Assembly (NCBI GenBank): GCA_963848965.1
Contig: CAWKFG010000004.1
Location: 320,001 to 384,000 of the forward strand
From: an uncultured bacterium
GTDB taxonomy: Bacteria > Babelota > Babeliae > Babelales > Babelaceae
Reading direction: 5' to 3'
Length of the DNA stretch: 64,000 nucleotides
This document shows, piece after piece, positions 50,614 through 60,271 of the stretch. The position numbers and the translations under genes are program-made. The notes beneath the pieces were generated by a model, which did not search any database, was not told the origin of the DNA, and saw only the letters and a list, made by a program, of their open reading frames with translations. Position 1 is the first letter of the stretch. Each line of letters begins with the position of its first letter.

Positions 50614-50718
50614 ATCCTATTTTTCCTTCACATATGATGGTGCTTTAGTGCTATTTTATCATATCCTAAGAAAGCTCTTTATAATAGAACAGGTGGCTAT
50701 CTTAATACATAGAATGTC

Positions 50719-51135
50719 TTATAATTGAAGTTTCTCAACAAACGCTTTCATGAAAGGCGCTTGGTTACGGAGCTCCTTAAAAGCTTCTTCATAATGAATA
50801 AGTGTATTCGGTTCATAGAAAGCAATAGTATCACAGAGTTCTGAAATTAATGCGTGTACTTCTGCTTCTTCTTGAGAAAGCATCTGCTCTTGTACAAGAA
50901 AAGCTCTTATTATAGCAAAAGGATGTTCTGTGCCATTTGCAGTAAAATTAATATCCTTATTTAATATAATCTCAGATAAGAAAGTAACCCAAAAGAAAGA
51001 AAAACGTCTTAAAGCACCATAATAGAAGAGCTCTTGTACTTCCTTCGGTTGATTTGTTATATCTTCTGATAACAAAATCAAAAGATGTTCTAAGCTTTGA
51101 GCACTTACTATGTACTTATCACTGTTCATGAGCAT
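50719..51135 (-). CDS. HEPN/HI0074-like protein, degenerate
   Basis: GALRRFSF and HPFAIIRA...ML recall HI0074-family DG.IQRFEF and SPK...R.A; no RxxxxH. Confidence 0.45.
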   Translation of the reverse strand: MLMNSDKYIVSAQSLEHLLILLSEDITNQPKEVQELFYYGALRRFSFFWVTFLSEIILNKDINFTANGTEHPFAIIRAFLVQEQMLSQEEAEVHALISELCDTIAFYEPNTLIHYEEAFKELRNQAPFMKAFVEKLQL

Positions 51136-51610
51136 GCTCTTTTTGTTTTTCTATCTGCAATAGTTGCCATATAAGGTGAGTCATTGTTCCTGCAAACTCT
51201 ACTATACATTGATAGTATCTTGGCAAATCACTAAGACTATCAATAAACGGCCCTGATTCCTGTGCATCCAGCCATCCTCTATCAAACCTAAAAATTTCCT
51301 CAGCTAGTGCCATTGTCGAAAAGCTACTATAGGCACCTTTATCAAGAACGGAGCTCGTGTATAAATCATGCAAAAAATCTACAAATGATTGATATCTTTT
51401 TTGCTCAGGATTAAATAACGTTTCAAGTAATGCTCTTAGAATAAGTACACATTCACAAAATGTATAAATTTGTGCATCGCAAGTAAGAGCTGCTCGAAAA
51501 GAATCACGGGATTTTAATGGAAATTTTAGTGTATTCTGATACCGTTCAAGTGAAGACTTTAAGTCTTCCAAATGCACTGCCGCTCTAAGAATTTGCTCTT
51601 GATTAAACAT
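51119..51610 (-). CDS. HEPN/HI0074-like protein, degenerate
   Basis: All-helical; DAQIYTF..C...L and S..D.L..L....VL pattern; no RxxxxH. Confidence 0.4.
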   Translation of the reverse strand: MFNQEQILRAAVHLEDLKSSLERYQNTLKFPLKSRDSFRAALTCDAQIYTFCECVLILRALLETLFNPEQKRYQSFVDFLHDLYTSSVLDKGAYSSFSTMALAEEIFRFDRGWLDAQESGPFIDSLSDLPRYYQCIVEFAGTMTHLIWQLLQIEKQKEHAHEQ

Positions 51611-51692
51611 AAGCTCCTTTCTTCAGCACTTCTTTATATCCATAATAGCACACTGGTAGGTTTCCACAACTGCTATAAACAGAGGCTTTCTC

Positions 51693-52025
51693 TTACTGAT
51701 ATAAAGTTAAAGCTTTTGTGCACTTATTTCTACCAAGCACCGTAGCAAAACTTTTTGCATGCAGAATATTTACCATAGATGCCTTTGCCTCTAGTATCTC
51801 ATACACAGTCTCTTCATCATCTTCTAATATAGCCGCGAGCAAGTGCTGTGTATAATAATTTTGACCTTGAAAGTAGTGTTTTAAAAAACGCATATTCTTT
51901 TGCTTTATAGCAGCACTGAGAGCTCTCGTAAAAGCTTCGGTTGAGATAGGATCTGGCATCTGCATACTATAGAGAGTATAAGTACCTATAACATGCATAA
52001 AGAGTATAAAAAATAACTTTTTCAT
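51693..52025 (-). CDS. Small exported protein, degenerate ankyrin-like
   Basis: Signal peptide YS-MQ; L.AAI...D...V..IL. Confidence 0.55.
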   Translation of the reverse strand: MKKLFFILFMHVIGTYTLYSMQMPDPISTEAFTRALSAAIKQKNMRFLKHYFQGQNYYTQHLLAAILEDDEETVYEILEAKASMVNILHAKSFATVLGRNKCTKALTLYQ

Positions 52026-52201
52026 GGTTCCCCCCGTTTAAAGTTACTTATCCTTAGTTTAATTATATTTAACAAATAGTCAATGAACCATGCATAACCT
52101 TAAATTTAGCCTGATTTACATAATCTACTAAATGTCCATCTATTGAAAATTATCGTTAAATGGTAGTAATATAATATAGATTTATTCAATGAAAGGAGCT
52201 T

Positions 52202-53275
52202 ATGAAAAAAATAATAATTATAGTTCTTTTAGTAGCATTAGTACATAAAGCACATAGTATGGAAGCACCGACTTTACCTTCTCACTGTAATCCTCAGCCA
52301 CATGTGCTTAAAAGACATGCCCATCTTATTACTGGAGCAGAAGGCTATTTAGTTTATTCAGGAGCCTTGAGCCCTGACGGCAGATATGCCTTAACAGGAT
52401 CTGCAGATCAGACAGCAATAATTTGGGACATAACCAATTTACCTTCTATTAAATCCTATAGATTGCGAAGTTCTAAAGGTTCAGTCCTTTCAGTAGCATT
52501 CAGCCCTGATAATAACTATATTATAACAGGGTTTCATAATGGGACTATACGACTATGGGATATAAGTGACTTAGATACTATTAAAGACAACGATTACTTG
52601 GAGCACAGACTCAAATATTATAATTTTGATGTACCGGAAGGCGGTGTTTACTCCGTAGCAGTAAGTCCTAACGGAAAATATATCTTAGCAGGATCTACCA
52701 GTTCTATTGTTATACTGTGGGATATACGTAATTTAAACAATAGTAAGTTCTATAGTCTCAAAGGCCATTACAATTCTGTCCTTGCAGTAGCATTCAGCCA
52801 TGACGGAAAGAAAGCTATAACCGGTTCTCTTGATAGAACTGCACAGCTATGGGATATTAGTAATCCTGCTAATGCTAAACTTCTTGCCGTTTTACCTCAT
52901 AAAGATGTGGTAACCTCAGTAGCATTTAGTCCTGATGACAAGCAAGTTTTGACAGGGTCTCGAGATAAGATTGCACGCCTTTGGAATATACAAGACCTTA
53001 ACAATATCACATCTTATCCTCTTGAAGGCCACAAACATACAATAAGTTCTGTAACATTTAGTCCTCGCGGAACTTACGCTCTAACAGGATCTTATGATGG
53101 TACTGTAAAAATATGGAAAATAAGCGCCTTATCTGCTCTGGAACCATATTCTTTGGAAGTACCTGATAGAAGACCAATTCATTCAATCGCATTAAGCTCT
53201 AGTGGGCACTATATCCTAGTAGGGTTGGGAAGCGGTAGAGCAGTGCTCTGGGATTTACAATGTAATCTTCAGTAG
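52202..53275 (+). CDS. Exported WD40-repeat protein (about 7 blades)
   Basis: Repeated V.SVAFSPD...LTGS.D.TA.LWD; signal peptide HS-ME. Confidence 0.92.
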   Translation: MKKIIIIVLLVALVHKAHSMEAPTLPSHCNPQPHVLKRHAHLITGAEGYLVYSGALSPDGRYALTGSADQTAIIWDITNLPSIKSYRLRSSKGSVLSVAFSPDNNYIITGFHNGTIRLWDISDLDTIKDNDYLEHRLKYYNFDVPEGGVYSVAVSPNGKYILAGSTSSIVILWDIRNLNNSKFYSLKGHYNSVLAVAFSHDGKKAITGSLDRTAQLWDISNPANAKLLAVLPHKDVVTSVAFSPDDKQVLTGSRDKIARLWNIQDLNNITSYPLEGHKHTISSVTFSPRGTYALTGSYDGTVKIWKISALSALEPYSLEVPDRRPIHSIALSSSGHYILVGLGSGRAVLWDLQCNLQ

Positions 53276-53284
53276 AAGAGCTGA

Positions 53285-53656
53285 TTTTATGAACAGCCAC
53301 CTACCGTTGCTCATTATGCTCTTAAGAAGTTAGCGCTTTATAAATCAGCACAGATAATAACTGAGAATTTTGATCTACTTCAACAAAGAACAGGTATAAC
53401 TCCTTTATTTATCGATGCTCCTACCTATAGTTCACAAATTACACCCGCTAATCTTCAAGAAATTAATAGTATCATATGTATAGGATTGAGCCATGATGAC
53501 CGAGGTCTTCTTAACTGGTACAAAACACATAATCCTCATGGAACTCTCATAGCTATAAATCTTAAAGCTCCTCTTTACCTTGACAACAATAACTTTATAA
53601 TTGAAGGTGATTTACAAAAGATTTTGGCAGAAGTTACAGCATTCTTAAAACTCTAA
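53285..53656 (+). pseudogene. Sirtuin (Sir2)-like C-terminal half with no start codon
   Basis: 123 sense codons: PPTVAHYALKKL...IITENFDLLQQRTG...IICIGLS...IAIN...IEGDLQKIL; preceded by an in-frame TGA; absent from the ORF track. Confidence 0.75.
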
Positions 53657-53719
53657 CTTCTTTACGCATTTCCTACCAAAGCAAAGATTGTTTAAAACAA
53701 AAAACATAGAGGTACTCTG

Positions 53720-55375
53720 ATGATCCGTTCAATTAAAACATATAGTGTTCTACTCCTTACACTTTGTAGCGCACAACCACATATTAATACAGGAAAAGAG
53801 GCTTCTACTGTAACTCTTGGCATAGGAGCAGCCTTATGCTTTACAGCAGGAATGATCGCACAACCACTGGTTAAAAAACTTATAGCATTCAAAAATTGGA
53901 CTACACCAGTTACTGTAGAAAAAACTCGCATAGGATTCCTTACTATAGATTTGAAGAAAAGCATTTGGGATTACATGGCATCTTTTGAAGAGCTTTTTAC
54001 GAATAAGAGCATTCAAGCAATTATAGTAATAGTTGAAGGCTCATCAGTTAATGAGTATGGTATAGCTACAGCACTTTTACAAACTATACGAGAACTAAGA
54101 CAGCTTTACCCTAAACCTGTCATTGCATATAGCGAAAAAGCTATGGAAGGAGCATACTACGTAGTAGCTTGTGCTGCAGATACTATTTATACCTCTGCAA
54201 TTGCAAAAAGCGGAGGTATTGGTGTTTTATGGTCATCACAACGCACACATGAAAAAGATAAAGAAGATGGTATTGATTACTACTACTCTTTTAAAGGAGA
54301 TTATAAACCAGCAGGTATGGTCAGGATTCCCCTTTCACAACCACACAGAGCTATGTTGCAACAAGTCGTTACTGATCTTCATGAAGAAGTAACTAAAGAT
54401 ATCATAGAAGCTCGACCTTCCATAAAGGATACTCTACAGCTTTGGCAAGATGGCAAAATCTTTAGCACTCAAGAAGCTCACCTACAAGCACATTTAACTG
54501 ATGGAATAGCAAATAAATTTGAACTTATAGGAGCTATTTGTAAGCGTATTCATAAGCCATTTGATCCGGCTACCATCGAACCAGTTGTAAAACAGGTCGT
54601 GCCACTTTCTCTTACTCCCGCCCAACACCCAATTCCTCCTCATAAAATAGGCATAGGTATCTACAAAATAAACAATCTAGAGAAATTAAGCTCTGGATGG
54701 GATTATATGCCAGATCTGCTTGAGCTTTTTACTCGTGCTGATATCAAAGGAATTATACTGGCTATAAACAGCGTAGGTGGCTTTCTTTGGATAGCACACT
54801 CTTTTCACGAAGATCTTCAACTGTGCAAAAAATATTATAAGAAACCTGTTATTGCATATATAGAATCCAAAGCTCTCTCTTCAGCATATACTATTGCTTC
54901 TGCATGCGATTATATTATAGCAGCCCCTGCTGCAGAAGTTGGCAGTGTTGGTATCTTTTTAGAAAGACTAGACCAGAGCAAAAAAGATCTTAAAGAGCAT
55001 ATACTATATGAGACTGTCAAATCGAATGAATATAGTGATACTTTTGATATTCACACCTCATTAAACGAGCAAAAAAAGCGTCTTTTGGATCATCTTGTCA
55101 CTGAAGAATATAACTCTATTATAGAGAAAATAAAAAAAGCTCGACCCTGTCTTACTACTTTAGATGATTCCCAATGGAAAGAAGCTCAAAGGTTTGCAGC
55201 ACCTCAAGCTTTAAAATTAGGGCTCATTGATTCTATAGGATCTCCTCTTGATGCTCTTGCATATATCAAGCAACAGCTTAAGCATACCTCTCTTTACAAA
55301 AAAAGCCTTGAGGATATTTGTTTTATTGTAAAAGACATCAGTACACCAAGCCCAAAAGCTCAACAAAAAAAGTGA
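53720..55375 (+). CDS. sppA: Two-domain S49 peptidase (SppA-like)
   Basis: Two KPVIAY...AY..A.A.D.I...GSVG/GGIG domains. Confidence 0.8.
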   Translation: MIRSIKTYSVLLLTLCSAQPHINTGKEASTVTLGIGAALCFTAGMIAQPLVKKLIAFKNWTTPVTVEKTRIGFLTIDLKKSIWDYMASFEELFTNKSIQAIIVIVEGSSVNEYGIATALLQTIRELRQLYPKPVIAYSEKAMEGAYYVVACAADTIYTSAIAKSGGIGVLWSSQRTHEKDKEDGIDYYYSFKGDYKPAGMVRIPLSQPHRAMLQQVVTDLHEEVTKDIIEARPSIKDTLQLWQDGKIFSTQEAHLQAHLTDGIANKFELIGAICKRIHKPFDPATIEPVVKQVVPLSLTPAQHPIPPHKIGIGIYKINNLEKLSSGWDYMPDLLELFTRADIKGIILAINSVGGFLWIAHSFHEDLQLCKKYYKKPVIAYIESKALSSAYTIASACDYIIAAPAAEVGSVGIFLERLDQSKKDLKEHILYETVKSNEYSDTFDIHTSLNEQKKRLLDHLVTEEYNSIIEKIKKARPCLTTLDDSQWKEAQRFAAPQALKLGLIDSIGSPLDALAYIKQQLKHTSLYKKSLEDICFIVKDISTPSPKAQQKK

Positions 55376-55407
55376 AAATACTAAAAAATTGCTGATACTT
55401 CTATCAT

Positions 55408-55430
55408 AAGCAGCCCGTTATGGGCTGCTT
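55408..55430. terminator. Hairpin between convergent genes
   Basis: AAGCAGCCC-GTTAT-GGGCTGCTT. Confidence 0.75.
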
Positions 55431-57061
55431 TACATAAAGTACCCACTACCTACTACAAATCTTTTTACTTCACCATTCTCAAGAGCTTTTTCTATTGGTT
55501 TTGCATAAACACGGCGCATAGCATTATGTATTCTGTACTCAACCCAACCACCACCTCGAGAGGCAGCTGCAATAACATTACTAATCACTGTTCTGCCTTC
55601 TTGATCTGCATTGCTCATAAAATTACGCCATGTCTGTTCAGTTTGTATACCATTAACTAAACGAGTTCCTCTGATATCATAGACAAACATATGAAGATCT
55701 CCTCGATAGAATTCGCTTCCTTGAGTAGAAAATAAACGAAATGCCTCTGGGGTAGTTTTTTCACGAATAGTCTCTAGTGCTCTATTGACCAGTGCTTGTG
55801 TAGATTGAATCTTAGAATCTGGATAGTACATAGCAGTTACAACAAAATTGCCCTCAGGAAGATCTACTCTTTCAACATACGCTATAGCACGTGTATTATA
55901 ATCCTGTAATGCTACAAGCCCTTTACCATATTTACGCGCAGTTCTAATTATATCGCGTACATAAAACTTGCCTAACCCATCAGTTACATTACTAAGATTT
56001 TGTCCTACAAAGCTTGGATTCTCTCCACTAGCTACACAGATACCGGCAAAATCGAAAACCGTTACACCAAGGCCTCCTCGAGCAAATTTACCTACTTGAT
56101 TTGAAAACTCTCCAAATGCCTCTTGTGTACCATGAGTTTTTATGTATCTTATAGCTTTTCTTACGTATTGTTGCACCACTGATAAGGTAATATTTGGATA
56201 ATATCCTGCTGCAATCAAATAGGGCGTTTTTGTCTTAGGATCAACCACACGCTCTACATACGATCGCTTAAATTCATTGCGCCAATAATAATCAACCCAG
56301 CCCTTTCCTTTTGTACGAGCAATTCTAATCAGCTCCTTAATTAAAGGCTTTCCCTGCGAGTCCACTTGATCAATAAGGTTCTGACCAACAAGAGCAGCAT
56401 TCTGTCCATGAGCTACAACTACTCCGTTAAAATCATAAGCAAATGTATAAATATCACCTCTAACAAAAGGCCCTTTAGGATTATTAATAAGAGCAAATGC
56501 AGCTTCTTTTCCATTTTGATTAAAATAAGCAACTGCTGTTTTGACAATACGCTTGGTAACAAATTCATCAGCTATAGGATAAAAACCAGAACCTATAATA
56601 TAGGTTATTCCGTTTTTAACGACCTTTTGAATATACGCAGATTTATAAGCATTATCCCAAAGAAAACTTATACTTCCAGCCGATTTTCTTATAGTAAGCA
56701 ACTCTTGAATAAGAGGAACTCCTGCGGTACCTTTTATACCAGAGATATTTTTCCAAATAAGATGGGTATCATCTCCATGCGCTAAACAAATGCCATTTTG
56801 ATTAAAAACAAATACAAAGAGTTCTCCTTTACGCCAGCGTGAACCATGTACAAAGTCATTGCACGCAACTTCAAGAGAAGACCTTAAAAAATGGCGTGCT
56901 GCATTACGAGTCAACTGTTTAATTTCTCGGTACTTACGATTAATATCTGGCTCAAGTTGCGGATTAAGCTCTATATCATCCATAGCAGATCTATCAAACT
57001 CTTGAGCCCACACTCTTCCTATTACTAGCATTGCCATAAGGAAAAAGGCACCTATTCTCAT
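55430..57061 (-). CDS. Exported protein with four tandem single-Cache domains
   Basis: Four repeats of A......G...A...F...GD.Y.F.YD..G...AHG....VG.N...D..G...GWV.Y...GY; signal peptide only. Confidence 0.85.
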   Translation of the reverse strand: MRIGAFFLMAMLVIGRVWAQEFDRSAMDDIELNPQLEPDINRKYREIKQLTRNAARHFLRSSLEVACNDFVHGSRWRKGELFVFVFNQNGICLAHGDDTHLIWKNISGIKGTAGVPLIQELLTIRKSAGSISFLWDNAYKSAYIQKVVKNGITYIIGSGFYPIADEFVTKRIVKTAVAYFNQNGKEAAFALINNPKGPFVRGDIYTFAYDFNGVVVAHGQNAALVGQNLIDQVDSQGKPLIKELIRIARTKGKGWVDYYWRNEFKRSYVERVVDPKTKTPYLIAAGYYPNITLSVVQQYVRKAIRYIKTHGTQEAFGEFSNQVGKFARGGLGVTVFDFAGICVASGENPSFVGQNLSNVTDGLGKFYVRDIIRTARKYGKGLVALQDYNTRAIAYVERVDLPEGNFVVTAMYYPDSKIQSTQALVNRALETIREKTTPEAFRLFSTQGSEFYRGDLHMFVYDIRGTRLVNGIQTEQTWRNFMSNADQEGRTVISNVIAAASRGGGWVEYRIHNAMRRVYAKPIEKALENGEVKRFVVGSGYFM

Positions 57062-57316
57062 ACCTACTCCTTTTTATATAATTCGTTTTCCTAAGCTTAG
57101 AGAACTGTCAAGATCATCAGCAACAGTTTCCCTGAAAAAATACAGCTTCTTATCTTAATCTGCTATTTAGCAGCCCAAAACTCCTTGCTGAAAATAAATT
57201 TCCTAATTTTATATATTTTTATACTAAGGAAAAATTATACTGAAAGAGATTAGATTTTTTTTGAGTTTCTGGTATAGATAAAAGAAGTCTGTCTTTTTAA
57301 GGTTGAGGAATTATCT

Positions 57317-57634
57317 ATGATTATTAGTATAAATCGGCATAATTTTAAGCAAGAGGTAGAACAAGCCTCAAAACCTGTAGTAATTGATGTATATGCTACA
57401 TGGTGTGGTCCCTGCCAACATATGGCTCCTATTTTTGAAGAACTGGAAAAGCAGTATGGTGATAAAATTACCTTTGCTAAACTTAATGTTGATGAATCAA
57501 GAGAAATTGCTATCTCTTATGGCATAACTTCAGTTCCTACCTTTCTCTTTATCAAAAGTAACGACGTAGTTGATAAGGCTATTGGCTACATGGGCAAAGA
57601 TGACCTTGAATCAAAAATTAAACAACTTCTTTAA
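57317..57634 (+). CDS. trxA: Thioredoxin
   Basis: WCGPC, SVPT. Confidence 0.96.
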   Translation: MIISINRHNFKQEVEQASKPVVIDVYATWCGPCQHMAPIFEELEKQYGDKITFAKLNVDESREIAISYGITSVPTFLFIKSNDVVDKAIGYMGKDDLESKIKQLL

Positions 57635-57641
57635 CGTATGT

Positions 57642-57676
57642 TATGTCGTTCGCTGAAACCTTGTGCGAACGACATA
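57642..57676 (+). terminator. Terminator hairpin after trxA
   Basis: TATGTCGTTCGC ... GCGAACGACATA followed by a T-rich tract. Confidence 0.75.
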
Positions 57677-57840
57677 GATTTCTTTCTTACTATTTTTCTT
57701 ACAAGTAAATTCCTCAGGTATCCTTACCCAATAATATCTTTTGTAATTTTTTGAAAAAAATATATACTAAGTACTGCTATTCAAAACAAAGAAATATTGT
57801 GATAGATATCCTTCTTCTGTAAATGAACAGAGATTTCATT

Positions 57841-58911
57841 ATGAAATTTTATTTTTTAATCAGTATGCTTTTTTGTTTAGGGAGTCAATCTCTTTTTCCA
57901 ATGGAAAAATCTACAGAGCTCACTCCTTTGCTAAGCAAGAAAAATGCCCAAGTTACTTATAATAGTCTATCAACAACACTGCCAGAAGATACTAAAAATC
58001 TACTTGCTTATCTTATCCTTCAACTTCCTGTTGATGTTGTAGCAGAGCTTGCTGACTATCTTCCAGGTAACAACTATTTTCTTAATTACTTTCTCTCACG
58101 TCGTATCAAGCCTACTACCAAAACAGCACAAAAGATACTGAGAGCGTTTATGACGCACCTTATACACAAAACTCATCCAAACAATCCAAAACGCATACCT
58201 CTCCCTTTTGCATTAGAAAAAATAAACTTATTTTTTAAAACAACTAAATTGAAACATGAAGACGATATTCTTTTTCATTATTGGGATTCAATACGAGATA
58301 TTATACAAGCAATTAAAACATATAATGTAAATGAAATTCACAATGCACTTGAAGAACACCTTAAAAAATATATGGAAAACGTATCGCAGCCTCTACAAGT
58401 TTTTTCTAACCTACAAGAAGAAATATCTTTCGATCGATTCATACTCACTTGTTGTAGTGCCGTACTCAAAGAAAGATTTAGCAGCGCCCACGTAATAAGC
58501 GAAGGCACAAACTGCATTTATGCAGACTGCTGGTATGACAATGTTATAAAAGAATATTGGTGTATTAAAGCTGCACGAAATCCACATACACGTTGTGCCA
58601 CCTATCAGGTCTCTTTTCTTCCTTGCCTCTGTGGTATACCAGGACTTATCTGTGTACTAATAGCAGTACTATCTAACAATCACACAGCCGCTGTAGCTGG
58701 AGGTTTTTTGCTAGTGTGTACTCTTATAAGTTGCTGCAGCTCTTTTTGTGCACTAATCAAAGAATGCAATAAGGATGTTTTCGAGTTCGGTAACATACAA
58801 GCAGAATACAAAAATGATGTCCAAGCTCTTTTTAAAGTGCTTATAGATGCTCATCATTTTTTACAAGAGCATCTTGAAAAGCATACTGCCTCTGCCCAAG
58901 AAATAGTATAA
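57841..58911 (+). CDS. Exported protein with F-box-like motif and Cys-rich C-terminal TM hairpin
   Basis: Signal peptide FP-ME; LQLPVDVVAELADYL; two Cys-rich TM helices. Confidence 0.6.
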   Translation: MKFYFLISMLFCLGSQSLFPMEKSTELTPLLSKKNAQVTYNSLSTTLPEDTKNLLAYLILQLPVDVVAELADYLPGNNYFLNYFLSRRIKPTTKTAQKILRAFMTHLIHKTHPNNPKRIPLPFALEKINLFFKTTKLKHEDDILFHYWDSIRDIIQAIKTYNVNEIHNALEEHLKKYMENVSQPLQVFSNLQEEISFDRFILTCCSAVLKERFSSAHVISEGTNCIYADCWYDNVIKEYWCIKAARNPHTRCATYQVSFLPCLCGIPGLICVLIAVLSNNHTAAVAGGFLLVCTLISCCSSFCALIKECNKDVFEFGNIQAEYKNDVQALFKVLIDAHHFLQEHLEKHTASAQEIV

Positions 58912-58915
58912 GGTC

Positions 58916-60271
58916 TCAAAGCTTTTTGTCTTGCACTTCTACACCAAGCTTTTTAAGCTGATCACGCAACTCATCTGCCCGTTTCCAATCTTTTGCTTTA
59001 CGTGCAGCTTCTCGTTCATCAATAAGCTTTTGAATCTCTGGAGTAATAACTACTTCTTTTTCTGGTAATGGTTCAAGAGGCAATCCTAATACTTGCTCAA
59101 TGAGCGCTTTAACAATACTTGCCTGTGTTGAATCTTCTTGCAGATTTTTAAGATTATCAAAAATGATACCAAAAAACTTTGCAACGTTAATGTCGTCACA
59201 CAGCGCCCCAATAAGCTCTGCTACAATAGGCGCTTCTTCAAAACATAATTCAGAACTTTCTAGTGCATCAAATGGTTCAAAGAATGTACATAAGCGTTGA
59301 TAACTTTTTGTAGCTCCTACAATATCATCATGAGAAAAATCTAAAGGGTTACGATAGTGATGTAAAAGGTAATAGTAGCGTACTACCATAGGATGATATT
59401 GCTTACATATATCATGAAGAGTCACGAAGTTGCTAAGCGATTTAGACATCTTTTCCTGATTAATACGAACAAAAGCATTATGGAGCCAATAACGTGCAAG
59501 AGGCTTGTGATGTAACCCTTCTGATTGTGCTATCTCATTTTCATGATGTGGAAAAATAAGATCCATACCACCACCATGAAGATCAATTGTTTTACCTAAA
59601 TAAGTATCAACAAATGAAGAACATTCAATATGCCATCCTGGACGCCCAAAGCTCCACGGGCTTTGCCAACCCGGTGCTTTATCTGCCTTTTTCCATAAAG
59701 CAAAATCAAGTGGATTAACTTTTTCTTCTCGAATAGAAACGCGAGCACCTGCTTGTAATTCACTTAAATCACGCTTTGAAAGTTTGCCATACTCTGGAAA
59801 ACTTTCAATACTAAAATATACATCCCCGTCTTCAGTAAGATATGCATTACCAGAAAGAATGAGAGAGTGAACGAAATTAATAATCTGAGAAATATTAAGC
59901 GTAACACGGGGCTCATATGCCGGTGGTAAACAATTAAGCGCTTTCATATCTTCATGAAATGCTTGAATAAATTTGTTAGCTAGCGAAAGATATTCTTCTG
60001 GATTACCAAGCTCTTTTTCTGCACGCTGAATAAGTCTATCATCTATATCAGTAAAGTTTCTGCAATACGTAACTTTATAACCAAGAAGCTCAAGTAAACG
60101 GTAGAGAACATCAAAGGTAACATAACAACGCCCATGGCCAATATGAGCATAATCATAAGGAGTAATACCACAAACATACATGGTAACATGTTCTGGATTT
60201 GCAGGTTCAAAAGGACGTTTTGTTCCTGAAAGAGTATCTGTTAACATAAGTGTGTAAGAATGATGTTCCAC
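58916..60271 (-). CDS. cysS: Cysteinyl-tRNA synthetase
   Basis: MYVCG.T.YD..HIGH, DFALWK, GRPGWHIEC, KMSKS; probable start GTG 60271 (alternative ATG 60247). Confidence 0.97.
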   Translation of the reverse strand: MEHHSYTLMLTDTLSGTKRPFEPANPEHVTMYVCGITPYDYAHIGHGRCYVTFDVLYRLLELLGYKVTYCRNFTDIDDRLIQRAEKELGNPEEYLSLANKFIQAFHEDMKALNCLPPAYEPRVTLNISQIINFVHSLILSGNAYLTEDGDVYFSIESFPEYGKLSKRDLSELQAGARVSIREEKVNPLDFALWKKADKAPGWQSPWSFGRPGWHIECSSFVDTYLGKTIDLHGGGMDLIFPHHENEIAQSEGLHHKPLARYWLHNAFVRINQEKMSKSLSNFVTLHDICKQYHPMVVRYYYLLHHYRNPLDFSHDDIVGATKSYQRLCTFFEPFDALESSELCFEEAPIVAELIGALCDDINVAKFFGIIFDNLKNLQEDSTQASIVKALIEQVLGLPLEPLPEKEVVITPEIQKLIDEREAARKAKDWKRADELRDQLKKLGVEVQDKKL

